A stretch of DNA of 64,000 bases from Thermoprotei archaeon (GTDB taxonomy: Archaea; Thermoproteota; Thermoprotei; Gearchaeales; Gearchaeaceae). Both the position numbers and the translations under genes were made by a program. The stretch spans positions 74,497 through 138,496 of the forward strand of contig JAFMCU010000001.1 of the NCBI GenBank assembly GCA_017857595.1, written 5' to 3'. Below are positions 48,173 to 56,799 of the stretch, one piece after another; the stretch's first letter is position 1, and each line of letters begins with the position of its first letter. The notes under the pieces are model-generated. The model was not told the DNA's origin, did no database searches, and saw nothing but the letters and a program-made list of their open reading frames with translations.

Positions 48173-50713
48173 ATGGGAAAAGAAGTTAGTGTTGAAATTC
48201 AGAAAGAATTACAACTTTTAAGGCAAAAAGTAGAAAAAATGTTTAATAATCCTGAACCAAAGATAGTTCAAATTTTAGGTTCAAATCGAATTGAGTTATT
48301 TAGAAAAGTTTATGAATCTATGCTTAGCCTAATGGAAAATGGTACACTACCAATCCATCCAAACTATCTTGGTGATAATACATTAGCTAAGAGTATATAT
48401 GAAAAGAAATATTTCTTGAAAGATTTAGATGGGAACTTAATAGAAACAAGGCCAGAACACTTATTTTTGAGAGTTTCTTCTTTCATCGCTACAGCTGAAG
48501 AGGATTTTGAAAAAGCTTTAAAATTAGCTAAGCTTTTTTATCATATAATATTTGAAGGATATTTTATGCCTGCAGGTAGAGTGTTGGCAGGCGCTGGCGA
48601 TCTTTACAGAGCAAAAACTTTGGCTAACTGTTTTGTTTCAATGATTGAAGATGATAGCATTGAAGCAATTTATAAGGCAGCTTATGAAGCAGCAAGAACA
48701 TACTCTTATGGTGGCGGTATTGGAATAGATGTCTCAGTATTAAGACCAAAGGGTTCAAGAATACACAATGCTGCAATAACGTCAACAGGAAGTGTTAGCT
48801 TCCTTGAACTTTATTCATTAACTACAGGATTGATTGGACAGGAAGGAAGAAGGGGCGCTTTAATGCTAACGATTGATGTTAAGCATCCTGATGTTTTTGA
48901 GTTTATAAAATGCAAGCAAATTCCAAATTGGGTTACATCCCAAATTGTTGAACAGTTGAAATTTACAGGTATGTTCAATGAGGCGCAATTGAAGGAAATA
49001 GAAAAGCAAGTAATGGAGAACACCCAAGTGAGGTTTGCTAACATAAGTGTAAAGATGAGCAATGAATTTATGAGAGCTGTAGAAGAACAGATGAATTTTG
49101 GTCCTAATAAAATATTAGTTTATAAAAAGAAAAGGAAGGGCGTTATAAAGAGAATAGATAATATAAAAGATGTACACTATTCTTATGGAATACCATCTAA
49201 AAATTTAAATGATTATGAATTGATAAAAATATTTGAAAAAATTGAAGAATTAAATGAATTCTTATCTTTAGAATATAAAGAATATAAAATAATTTTAAAG
49301 GAAGAAGATTTGAAAGACGCTTTCAAAAGAGACGTATACGGCGATTATATCGTTGAACTACCTAACAAAGATTATGATTTAGCAATTAAATATTCAGGCG
49401 ATTTCTTGCTTTATTTTTCATCCGACAAAACTGGTGAAATTAGAAGATTGGTGAAAGCTAGGGAAATATGGAATATGTTTATCGAATCTAATTATAAAAC
49501 AGCTGAGCCAGGTGTTATGTTTTGGGATAGAATGACAAATTATTCTCCTTCAAATTCCGTTGGAATACCAATTGTAACAACAAATCCATGCGCTGAAGTA
49601 CCTTTAGAAGATGGAGGAGCATGCAATTTAGGTTCTGTAAATTTATCAAGGATAGTTAATGATCCATTTACAAGTTTCGCAAAAATAAATTGGAAAAAGC
49701 TAAAGAAGGTTGTTAAGTATGCAATCAGATTTATGGACAATGTCATTTATTGGAATATATTCTTACATCCATTAGAAAAACAAAGAGAAGCAAGTAGAAG
49801 AACTAGAAGAATAGGACTGGGTGTGATGGGAATAGCTGATATGTTCTATCAATTAAGAATCGACTATGATAGTCCAGAAGCAATGAGAACTTTGGAGAAG
49901 GTTATGAGAAATATAGCAAATTTTGCTTATCTAACATCTTCAATGTTAGCTAAGGAAAAAGGTAAATTGAGCATTGATTATGAGAAATATCTAGAAAATC
50001 CGTTCATCAAAGAATCTATACATCCTAGAGTAAAAGAGATGATAAGAAAGTATGGAATAAGAAACATTGCAATATTATCGATTGCACCAACAGGAACGAT
50101 ATCTAATATCGTTAAATCCTTTGAATACAACGGAAAAAACTATATTGGTGTAAGTGGTGGTATAGAACCTGTTTTCGAAATGTTCTATTTAAGAAGAACA
50201 GAATCTTTCAATAGAAATGTTCAATATAAAGTCTTCCATAGTACAATTCAAGCTTATATAGATATGAATGGTATTAGTAAAGGAGTTCAAGGGGCCAATG
50301 ATTTAAAGGAACTTAGGAATCATTTACCTTCATTCTTTTTCAGAACCGCACATGTAATCGATCCATTTAAGAGAATAGAAATACAAGCAATAGCTCAAAG
50401 ATACATAGATCATAGCATATCATCTACCATAAATCTTCCTGAAGAAATACATCCAGAATTACTATCCAAATTGTATTTCTATGCATGGAAAGCAGGATTG
50501 AAAAGCGTAACTATATACAGAGAAGGCAGCAGATTCCCAATATTAAAAAGATTAAAAGAAAAAAGTAAGTTCGATGAATTCAAAGATAAAGTCTTTGAAA
50601 TAGATGATGGAATGAATAAATATCAAGTAAGAGGTAATGAAATTATAGAAATGCCGGATGGAACATTAACGACAACCTATCATTTATTGAATAAAATAGA
50701 GGTGGGAGGATGA
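48173..50713 (+). CDS. nrdJ: Class II (adenosylcobalamin-dependent) ribonucleotide reductase, large N-terminal polypeptide (NrdJa-like)
   Basis: TTNPCAEVPLEDGGACNLGSVNLS (thiyl-radical Cys loop), GLGVMGIADM, SIAPTGTIS, STINLP and TIYREGSR. Confidence 0.9.
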   Translation: MGKEVSVEIQKELQLLRQKVEKMFNNPEPKIVQILGSNRIELFRKVYESMLSLMENGTLPIHPNYLGDNTLAKSIYEKKYFLKDLDGNLIETRPEHLFLRVSSFIATAEEDFEKALKLAKLFYHIIFEGYFMPAGRVLAGAGDLYRAKTLANCFVSMIEDDSIEAIYKAAYEAARTYSYGGGIGIDVSVLRPKGSRIHNAAITSTGSVSFLELYSLTTGLIGQEGRRGALMLTIDVKHPDVFEFIKCKQIPNWVTSQIVEQLKFTGMFNEAQLKEIEKQVMENTQVRFANISVKMSNEFMRAVEEQMNFGPNKILVYKKKRKGVIKRIDNIKDVHYSYGIPSKNLNDYELIKIFEKIEELNEFLSLEYKEYKIILKEEDLKDAFKRDVYGDYIVELPNKDYDLAIKYSGDFLLYFSSDKTGEIRRLVKAREIWNMFIESNYKTAEPGVMFWDRMTNYSPSNSVGIPIVTTNPCAEVPLEDGGACNLGSVNLSRIVNDPFTSFAKINWKKLKKVVKYAIRFMDNVIYWNIFLHPLEKQREASRRTRRIGLGVMGIADMFYQLRIDYDSPEAMRTLEKVMRNIANFAYLTSSMLAKEKGKLSIDYEKYLENPFIKESIHPRVKEMIRKYGIRNIAILSIAPTGTISNIVKSFEYNGKNYIGVSGGIEPVFEMFYLRRTESFNRNVQYKVFHSTIQAYIDMNGISKGVQGANDLKELRNHLPSFFFRTAHVIDPFKRIEIQAIAQRYIDHSISSTINLPEEIHPELLSKLYFYAWKAGLKSVTIYREGSRFPILKRLKEKSKFDEFKDKVFEIDDGMNKYQVRGNEIIEMPDGTLTTTYHLLNKIEVGG
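50699..50704 (+). promoter_or_regulatory. Shine-Dalgarno-like GAGGTG, 5 nt upstream of the nrdJb-like ATG
   Basis: Read directly: aGAGGTGggaggATGA. The ATG at 50710 overlaps the TGA of the upstream polypeptide. Confidence 0.5.
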
Positions 50714-51351
50714 TAAAGCTAAATTCATATGAAATTAAAATAAGAGAAGTAAAAGATCTAAGCAAGCAATCTGAATTAGAAACTAAGGAAGAAAAGGTAG
50801 GTAAAGCACCTTTGGAAAGACCTTATGTAATAGATGCCAAAGTCTATAAGTTAAAAAGCAGGTTTGTAGAACATTCAATATTCATTACAATTGGATACAT
50901 AAAATACGATGACAAAATTAGACCATTTGAGATTTTCATAAATAGTAAAGATCTTTCTAGAGCAGCAGAGTTTACAATGTTGACAAGGCTTCTATCAGCT
51001 ATATTCAGAAGATTTGAAGATCCTGTATTTATTTTAGAAGAATTAAGGAGTATATATGATCCTAATAGAATAGGTTACTGGAAAAACAATCGATTCATAC
51101 ATTCATTGTACGGTGAAATCGCAGAGGTTATAGAAGAGTTCTTCAAGGAAATGGGAATTATGAAAACGGAAACAGCTTCAGAAAAGTCAGGTGAAGCTGG
51201 AATAAAATTAATGATTGAGGAGAAGGATGAGTCAAAAGAAGATTTATCTTTATTTCAAATTTGTCCAAAATGTAACTTAAGAACTTTAAAGGTAGAAGGG
51301 GGTTGCTATACTTGTGTTAATCCTGAGTGTGGTTATACTAAGTGCGACTAA
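50710..51351 (+). CDS. Class II ribonucleotide reductase C-terminal polypeptide (NrdJb-like) with a terminal zinc ribbon
   Basis: IFITIGYIKYDDKIRPFEIFINSKDLSRAAEFTMLTRLLSAIFR parallels the C-terminal segment of single-chain NrdJ (P.EvFi..gK.G....ea..rliS.aLR). The terminal CPKCNLRTLKVEGGCYTCVNPECGYTKCD is a Cys4 ribbon plus a terminal Cys. Confidence 0.7.
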   Translation: MIKLNSYEIKIREVKDLSKQSELETKEEKVGKAPLERPYVIDAKVYKLKSRFVEHSIFITIGYIKYDDKIRPFEIFINSKDLSRAAEFTMLTRLLSAIFRRFEDPVFILEELRSIYDPNRIGYWKNNRFIHSLYGEIAEVIEEFFKEMGIMKTETASEKSGEAGIKLMIEEKDESKEDLSLFQICPKCNLRTLKVEGGCYTCVNPECGYTKCD

Positions 51352-51374
51352 ATTTTTTTATGTAAAAAGGCTTA

Positions 51375-52520
51375 ATGCCTGCAAATCTTCCGAAAGAAGC
51401 TCTACTTAAATATCAGAAGGTTTTAGAGGCAAAAACCAAGGAAGAAAAATTAAAAGCTCTTCAAGAATATTTATCTGCAATACCTAAGCATAAAGGAACT
51501 GAAAATCTTGTAGCACAAGTTAGGCATCAAATAGCTAAGCTTAGAAAAGAAATAGAAAAGGAAAGCGAGTTAAAGAAAAAAATTGGTTCCGCACCTGGTT
51601 TTAATATAAAGAAAGAGGGTGATCTTCAGTACATAATAGTTGGATTTACTAAAAGCGGTAAAAGCAGTTTGTTATCAGCTTTAACAAATGCAAAATCTGA
51701 AATAAGTTTAAGACCATATACCACCACAAGGCCTGCAGCTGGCGCAGTAAACTATGGAGGAGTAATTATCCAACTAGTTGATTCTCCTTCAATAATGGAA
51801 AACAATGATGATTGGAATAAAAACATAATTTCTTTAATAAGGAGTGCCGATGGAATCTTAATAGTTCTAGATGCTACAAAAAGTATACAAAATGACTTTA
51901 ATCTTATCTATAAATTCTTACTAGATAATGGTATTATAATAGGTAAAAAGAACTTCTCTCTTAGATTTATCAAATCTGTTGTTAAAGAACCTGTTTTTAT
52001 AATGAACGGTGAAATAGAAGGTGCAACAGCGAACTACATAAGAAGGATGTTAATCGAATATGGATATAGAAACATAATAATTGAGTTTAATGGTAAAGCG
52101 ACTTTGAATGAGGTAGAAGCTTATTTAAACAGCAATGTAGTTCATAAGCCAGCTATTGTAGTAATAAATAAAATAGATGAAAATAAAGTAAACTTAGATT
52201 TCGATTTTAAAGGCTTACCTGTGTTGGAAATATCCGTTAAAGAGAACATTGGGATAGAAAGAATTCCTGAAATTATATTTTCTTCTTCAGAAAAAATAAG
52301 GATTTATACTAAGGAACCAAACGAAGATATACCTTCTAAGAAGCCTTTAGTCGTTGATAAAAATACTAAGATTATAGAAATAGCAGAAAAAATACATAGA
52401 GATTTAGCAAAGAACTTTAAATATGCAAGAATTTGGGGTAAAAGTGTTAAATTTCAAGGCGAAAAAGTAGGTCCTGATCATATACCTATGGATGGTGATA
52501 TAGTAGAAATAAGAGCTTAG
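51375..52520 (+). CDS. DRG/Obg-like GTP-binding protein with a C-terminal TGS domain
   Basis: N-terminal HKGTENL...IAKLRKEIE, G1 GFTKSGKSS, G2 YTTTRP, G4 VINKID, and C-terminal DGDIVEIRA. G3 reads DSPS instead of DxxG. Confidence 0.8.
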   Translation: MPANLPKEALLKYQKVLEAKTKEEKLKALQEYLSAIPKHKGTENLVAQVRHQIAKLRKEIEKESELKKKIGSAPGFNIKKEGDLQYIIVGFTKSGKSSLLSALTNAKSEISLRPYTTTRPAAGAVNYGGVIIQLVDSPSIMENNDDWNKNIISLIRSADGILIVLDATKSIQNDFNLIYKFLLDNGIIIGKKNFSLRFIKSVVKEPVFIMNGEIEGATANYIRRMLIEYGYRNIIIEFNGKATLNEVEAYLNSNVVHKPAIVVINKIDENKVNLDFDFKGLPVLEISVKENIGIERIPEIIFSSSEKIRIYTKEPNEDIPSKKPLVVDKNTKIIEIAEKIHRDLAKNFKYARIWGKSVKFQGEKVGPDHIPMDGDIVEIRA

Positions 52521-52637
52521 CTAAATTTTTATAATGAGCGAATAGGAATTTTTATTTGTTGTTATGAATAGGATGTAAACATATAAGATTGTATTTTATA
52601 GGTAAATTTTAATATTTGCTTAATTTATTGATATTCT

Positions 52638-53105
52638 ATGCTCAACGTTGGTGAACGTGCACCTGATGCTACTATTTTTGATTATGATAGGAAACCAGTA
52701 AAGCTCTCTCAATTCTTTGGAAAGAAAAACACAGTACTTGCTTTTTATTTTTTAGCGTTTTCTCCAGTATGCACGAATGAAATGTGTACATTTGATCAAG
52801 GACTTAAGGAATTTGAAAAGCTGGATGCTACAGTTCTTGGAATTAGTGTAGATAGCCCCTTTGCAAACAAGGCATTTGCTGAAAAATACAACATAAAGTA
52901 TCCATTGTTGAGTGATTTCAATAAAGAAGCTATAAAGAACTATGATGTAGTACACAATGAAATGTTTGGATTTAAGGAAATTGGAAAAAGAGCAGTATTC
53001 ATAGTAGATAAAAATGGAATAATAAGATACAAATGGGTTGCTGAAGATCCTAGAAATGAACCAAACTATGATGAAATACGAAAGGTATTACAGCAACTTA
53101 AATAA
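52638..53105 (+). CDS. Peroxiredoxin (AhpC/TSA, Bcp-like)
   Basis: VLAFYFLAFSPVCTNEMC (peroxidatic Cys context) and GISVDSPFANKAFAEK. Confidence 0.85.
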   Translation: MLNVGERAPDATIFDYDRKPVKLSQFFGKKNTVLAFYFLAFSPVCTNEMCTFDQGLKEFEKLDATVLGISVDSPFANKAFAEKYNIKYPLLSDFNKEAIKNYDVVHNEMFGFKEIGKRAVFIVDKNGIIRYKWVAEDPRNEPNYDEIRKVLQQLK

Positions 53106-53397
53106 TATCGCTTTATCTTTCATAAAAGACAATAACCTTTTTAATCATATCGAAATTTGTTTGGAAAATTTACAAAATTATTTGAATGACTGTAGAATAA
53201 AATATGATATAAAGTTAGATTTTTTTGAAGATTTCTTTTCTAAAAAATTCAGAGCTGTTATTATAAAAATTGTTTGTAAGAATTATGATGAATATTCTTA
53301 CTTCTATTTATGGAGAAAATTGGATATGATTATGAAAAGTTTATTGCCTGAAGAATTACGATCCAAGATTGTAATAAAGTTGGAAAATGAATATTGA
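53068..53397 (+). CDS. Hypothetical small protein
   Basis: ORF only. All candidate ATGs (53038, 53056, 53068, 53071) lie inside the peroxiredoxin 3' end. An 11-nt overlap links it to the next ORF. Confidence 0.3.
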   Translation: MMKYERYYSNLNNIALSFIKDNNLFNHIEICLENLQNYLNDCRIKYDIKLDFFEDFFSKKFRAVIIKIVCKNYDEYSYFYLWRKLDMIMKSLLPEELRSKIVIKLENEY

Positions 53398-53800
53398 TGA
53401 TACAAATCCCTCAGATTTTATTTTGATAGCTGAAGATATATATCTAGGCTTTAAAGAAGGAGGAAAAGCTGTTGCCACAACACCACATGAATCAGCATGG
53501 ATGAGATTGGGAATAATAGTATGTTACATGGGAATATTTCAAAAGTTGATGAGAAAACTTTTAGAGGATGAAAAAATAAACCAGGAATATAAGAAATTGT
53601 TGGATCAGAGAGACATTAATGAAATACATTCATTTTTTGTCCAAAAAAGCTTGGAAAAATTTAAGTATGATGAATTGCTTGAACTGTATGACCTTAAAAT
53701 TAAAGCTGAATTTAAATTTCCACCTGAATACAATGTAACATTAGAAGATTTAAATAAGGCTATAAAAATTGCAGCAAACATCTTATCTAATTTGGATTGA
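53387..53800 (+). CDS. Hypothetical helical protein with an R-x5-H motif (possible HEPN-like)
   Basis: 137 aa, predicted mostly helical from sequence character. RDINEIH at residues 75-81. Confidence 0.35.
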   Translation: MNIDDTNPSDFILIAEDIYLGFKEGGKAVATTPHESAWMRLGIIVCYMGIFQKLMRKLLEDEKINQEYKKLLDQRDINEIHSFFVQKSLEKFKYDELLELYDLKIKAEFKFPPEYNVTLEDLNKAIKIAANILSNLD

Positions 53801-53819
53801 TTTAAAATAAATTAGAAAA

Positions 53820-54149
53820 TCAAATATTTTTCTTAATTACTTCAAGAATGTCTCTTTTAGGAACAGCTCCTATAATTCTATCAACCTCCTCCCCATTCTT
53901 TATTAGAACCAATGTAGGTATTGCCATGATATTAAATTTCTGAGCAATCCCTGGATTTTCATCTACATTCACTCTTGCAAAAAGCATTCTACCATTAAAT
54001 TCTTTTGCGAGCTCATAAAATGTAGGCTCTAATATTTTGCATGGCCAACACCATTCAGCCCAAAAATCAACAAGAACGGGCAAATTACTCTTCAAAACTT
54101 TTTCATCGAATTCTGCTTCACTCACTTCTATAACGTTAGAACTTAGCAT
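53820..54149 (-). CDS. trxA: Thioredoxin
   Basis: VLVDFWAEWCWPCK...IPTLVLIKNGE thioredoxin fold. The active site is CWPC rather than CGPC. Confidence 0.85.
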   Translation of the reverse strand: MLSSNVIEVSEAEFDEKVLKSNLPVLVDFWAEWCWPCKILEPTFYELAKEFNGRMLFARVNVDENPGIAQKFNIMAIPTLVLIKNGEEVDRIIGAVPKRDILEVIKKNI

Positions 54150-54203
54150 ATTTCAGTCTTTTTCAAAGCGATATATAAATTTTAGTTAATATTTTATAAA
54201 TAA

Positions 54204-54575
54204 ATGAAACTTAAAAACCCTCTAGATATAACAGTGATTATGATTGGTGGTTATTTAAATATCATCTGGATAGGAATAGTTGTTTTAGCTTTAATATTCG
54301 GTTCTTATGAATTTAATACAAATTTATACTATTCAACTGTTGCAACTTTGTTTTTTTCAATTTTTTCAGCTCTTATGCTTAGATACTCATCTTCAGATAA
54401 TAAGAAAAATACCATTAAGATAATAATTATTTTATTGCTAATTAATTCTTTAATATATTCAATAATAATGTTTAGTTTGGTTTCATTAAAAATATATTAT
54501 TTTTTTATTCTTCTAGGACCCGGCACAATTATTTCGATTTTTTCTTTTTTAATCAGAAAACATCCAAGGCAATAA
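54204..54575 (+). CDS. Hypothetical small membrane protein
   Basis: ORF only, 123 aa, 4 hydrophobic segments. Overlaps the 3' end of the convergent cyclase gene by 23 nt. Confidence 0.3.
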   Translation: MKLKNPLDITVIMIGGYLNIIWIGIVVLALIFGSYEFNTNLYYSTVATLFFSIFSALMLRYSSSDNKKNTIKIIIILLLINSLIYSIIMFSLVSLKIYYFFILLGPGTIISIFSFLIRKHPRQ

Positions 54576-55158
54576 CTCTTGCCATTGAACCACTTGCACC
54601 TTTTATTCTTAGAGGAAGTGCGACAATCAAGTATTTTTTACCTTCAGCTAATTCTTCTAAATTATTAAGGTCTTCAATTACTACTACATCATTTTTAAAA
54701 AGTAATTTATGGACAGGAAAATCTAAATGAGAATATGGTTCAATGCCAAGTGTATCTATTCCTATAACTTTAACTTTCTTCTCCAATAGGAAACTTGCAG
54801 CCTCCATAGATAAACCAGGAAATTCATATAAAAATTCTTTTGTAAAGCTTCTCTTCTTGCTCCATCCTGTATTGATCAATATTGTTTTTCCATCATATTC
54901 ATTTTTCCATTTAGAAGAAATTTCTTCTTTTGTTATCTCAGTTGATTTAGGCTTTAGTTTTAAGCAATATCCTTCGGATACAAGCGTGTTTAACTCAATC
55001 CTATCTACTGTTTTACCATTTTCAACAAAATGATAGGGTGCATCAACATGCGTACCAGTGTGAGTTGTTGATGTGTATAGTTCAACATTATATCCGTCTC
55101 TACTTGCAATTCCTATAGGAACTATGTTTGGAAGTTGAGCTGTAGGCCATATGGGCAT
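54553..55158 (-). CDS. Cyclase-family protein (kynurenine formamidase-like)
   Basis: HTGTHVDAPYHF is the signature motif of the putative cyclase/arylformamidase family. Confidence 0.8.
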   Translation of the reverse strand: MPIWPTAQLPNIVPIGIASRDGYNVELYTSTTHTGTHVDAPYHFVENGKTVDRIELNTLVSEGYCLKLKPKSTEITKEEISSKWKNEYDGKTILINTGWSKKRSFTKEFLYEFPGLSMEAASFLLEKKVKVIGIDTLGIEPYSHLDFPVHKLLFKNDVVVIEDLNNLEELAEGKKYLIVALPLRIKGASGSMARVIALDVF

Positions 55159-55282
55159 GTATGTACTTATTTCAACACTAAGATCAATAATTTTCTTTAT
55201 TTCTATACATAATCAATTCGATCGAAGTAAATAAGTATTATTATATTAGTTTTAATAAAAGAATCACCATTGTTAATTAAAA

Positions 55283-56254
55283 ATGGATCCAGCATTAACC
55301 AGTGCTTTGATCGAACTGTTATTAATTGTAATTATTGGAATATTTGCTGGGATAATTGGATCTCTAGTAGGTTTAGGAGGTGGTGTTGTTCTTACACCAT
55401 TATTAACTCTCTTTCTTAAAGTACCTATTGCATATGCAACTGGTGCATCTTTAATTTCAACTATTGCAACTTCAAGTGGTTCTGCAAGCGCTTACATAAA
55501 AGATAAAATAACAAACGTAAGAATTGGTATGGGTCTAGAGATTGCCACCACGCTTGGAGCTATTATTGGCTCATTGATTGCATCGTATATATATTCCCAT
55601 AGTTTATTCTACATCATTTATATATCTTTTGGAATTATCCTTATATCAAGCATCCCATCAACTTTAAGTAGGGGTAGATATGAATTACCTTTACCTAAAA
55701 GACCCGATAAAACAACAAAAATATTCAGATTAAACGGTAAATACTTCGATCCTGTTTTAAGACAGGAGGTTCAATATTGGGGGATCAGATGGTGGTTAGC
55801 TGAGATTATTATGTTTTTTGCAGGAATAATAAGCGGTCTATTGGGAATAGGAAGTGGAGCTTTAAAGGTCTTAGCGATGGATTGGGGGATGAATTTACCA
55901 ATGCGAGTTTCAACGACCACAAGCAATTTCATGATAGGTGTTACTGCAGCTACTGGTAGTAGTATATATTGGTATTTAGGTTATATTCAGCCTTTTTTAG
56001 CTGCTGGTACTGCAATAGGAGTATTAATAGGAGCTTTTATTGGAACTAAAATTTTAATTAAAATAACCAACAGAACTATACGTTGGATATTTTCAAGCAT
56101 TATAATATTTTTGGGAATAGAGATGATAATAAAAGGCATTGTTGCAATAGGTATTTTATTACCTTTATTTTATGAATATCTTATCCCCTCTATCATAACT
56201 GCAATTTTTATCATAGGTGTTTATATTAGAGTGAGGATAAAAAATGAGACATAA
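55283..56254 (+). CDS. TauE/SafE (DUF81) family anion exporter
   Basis: Repeated G-rich TM motifs GSLVGLGGGVVLTPLL and GLLGIGSGALKV; 323 aa. Confidence 0.8.
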   Translation: MDPALTSALIELLLIVIIGIFAGIIGSLVGLGGGVVLTPLLTLFLKVPIAYATGASLISTIATSSGSASAYIKDKITNVRIGMGLEIATTLGAIIGSLIASYIYSHSLFYIIYISFGIILISSIPSTLSRGRYELPLPKRPDKTTKIFRLNGKYFDPVLRQEVQYWGIRWWLAEIIMFFAGIISGLLGIGSGALKVLAMDWGMNLPMRVSTTTSNFMIGVTAATGSSIYWYLGYIQPFLAAGTAIGVLIGAFIGTKILIKITNRTIRWIFSSIIIFLGIEMIIKGIVAIGILLPLFYEYLIPSIITAIFIIGVYIRVRIKNET

Positions 56255-56636
56255 AATAGATATGGAGTTAATCATTGGGCAAACACTTAGATTTGGTGTT
56301 ATAATTAGCATTTTACTTATAGTCGTAGGTGTTGTAATTTTATTTATACAAGGTCAAAGTAATGGTATCTCATTAGATAAATTGTCTATGATTAATTCGA
56401 CTGTAAATAGTAGTTCAATTAATGTTAATCAAATGCTTCTTAATTTCTCATTTAATGGTTTAAACTTTATTATATTGGGTTTGTTAACATTAATCGCAAC
56501 ACCAATAGCTAGAATAATTCTTGGTATAGCTAGTTTCGCTATGGAAAAAGATAAATTATATGTTATAATTACAGTTATCGTATTGTTTAATTTGATTTTC
56601 TCTATATTTATATTACCAGCTATAATTCATATTTAA
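56244..56636 (+). CDS. DUF1634-like small membrane protein (frequent partner of TauE/DUF81 genes)
   Basis: 130 aa, 3-4 TM. Begins LRFGVIISILLIVVGVVILF. An 11-nt overlap with the TauE gene indicates coupling. Confidence 0.5.
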   Translation: MRHKIDMELIIGQTLRFGVIISILLIVVGVVILFIQGQSNGISLDKLSMINSTVNSSSINVNQMLLNFSFNGLNFIILGLLTLIATPIARIILGIASFAMEKDKLYVIITVIVLFNLIFSIFILPAIIHI

Positions 56637-56799
56637 TATTTTAACTTCAAATACTTGAAAGCTAATAGGTAAAAACTTGTTATTCACTTAAATTGGATTT
56701 GCATTATTTTAGATCGGATGAATTTAATAAAAAATCAATCTTAACGGTATGTAGAAGTTATATTTGAAAATAAATTTTACTATATGTTATTCTAATATA

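Noticed and set aside
50698-50713. Possibility that the nrdJ split is a frameshift pseudogene or a sequencing error.
   Set aside because: The junction has a clean ATGA stop/start overlap and a GAGGTG Shine-Dalgarno-like element at the right distance. Both pieces are intact ORFs. I therefore kept it as a genuine split, but listed resequencing as the test.
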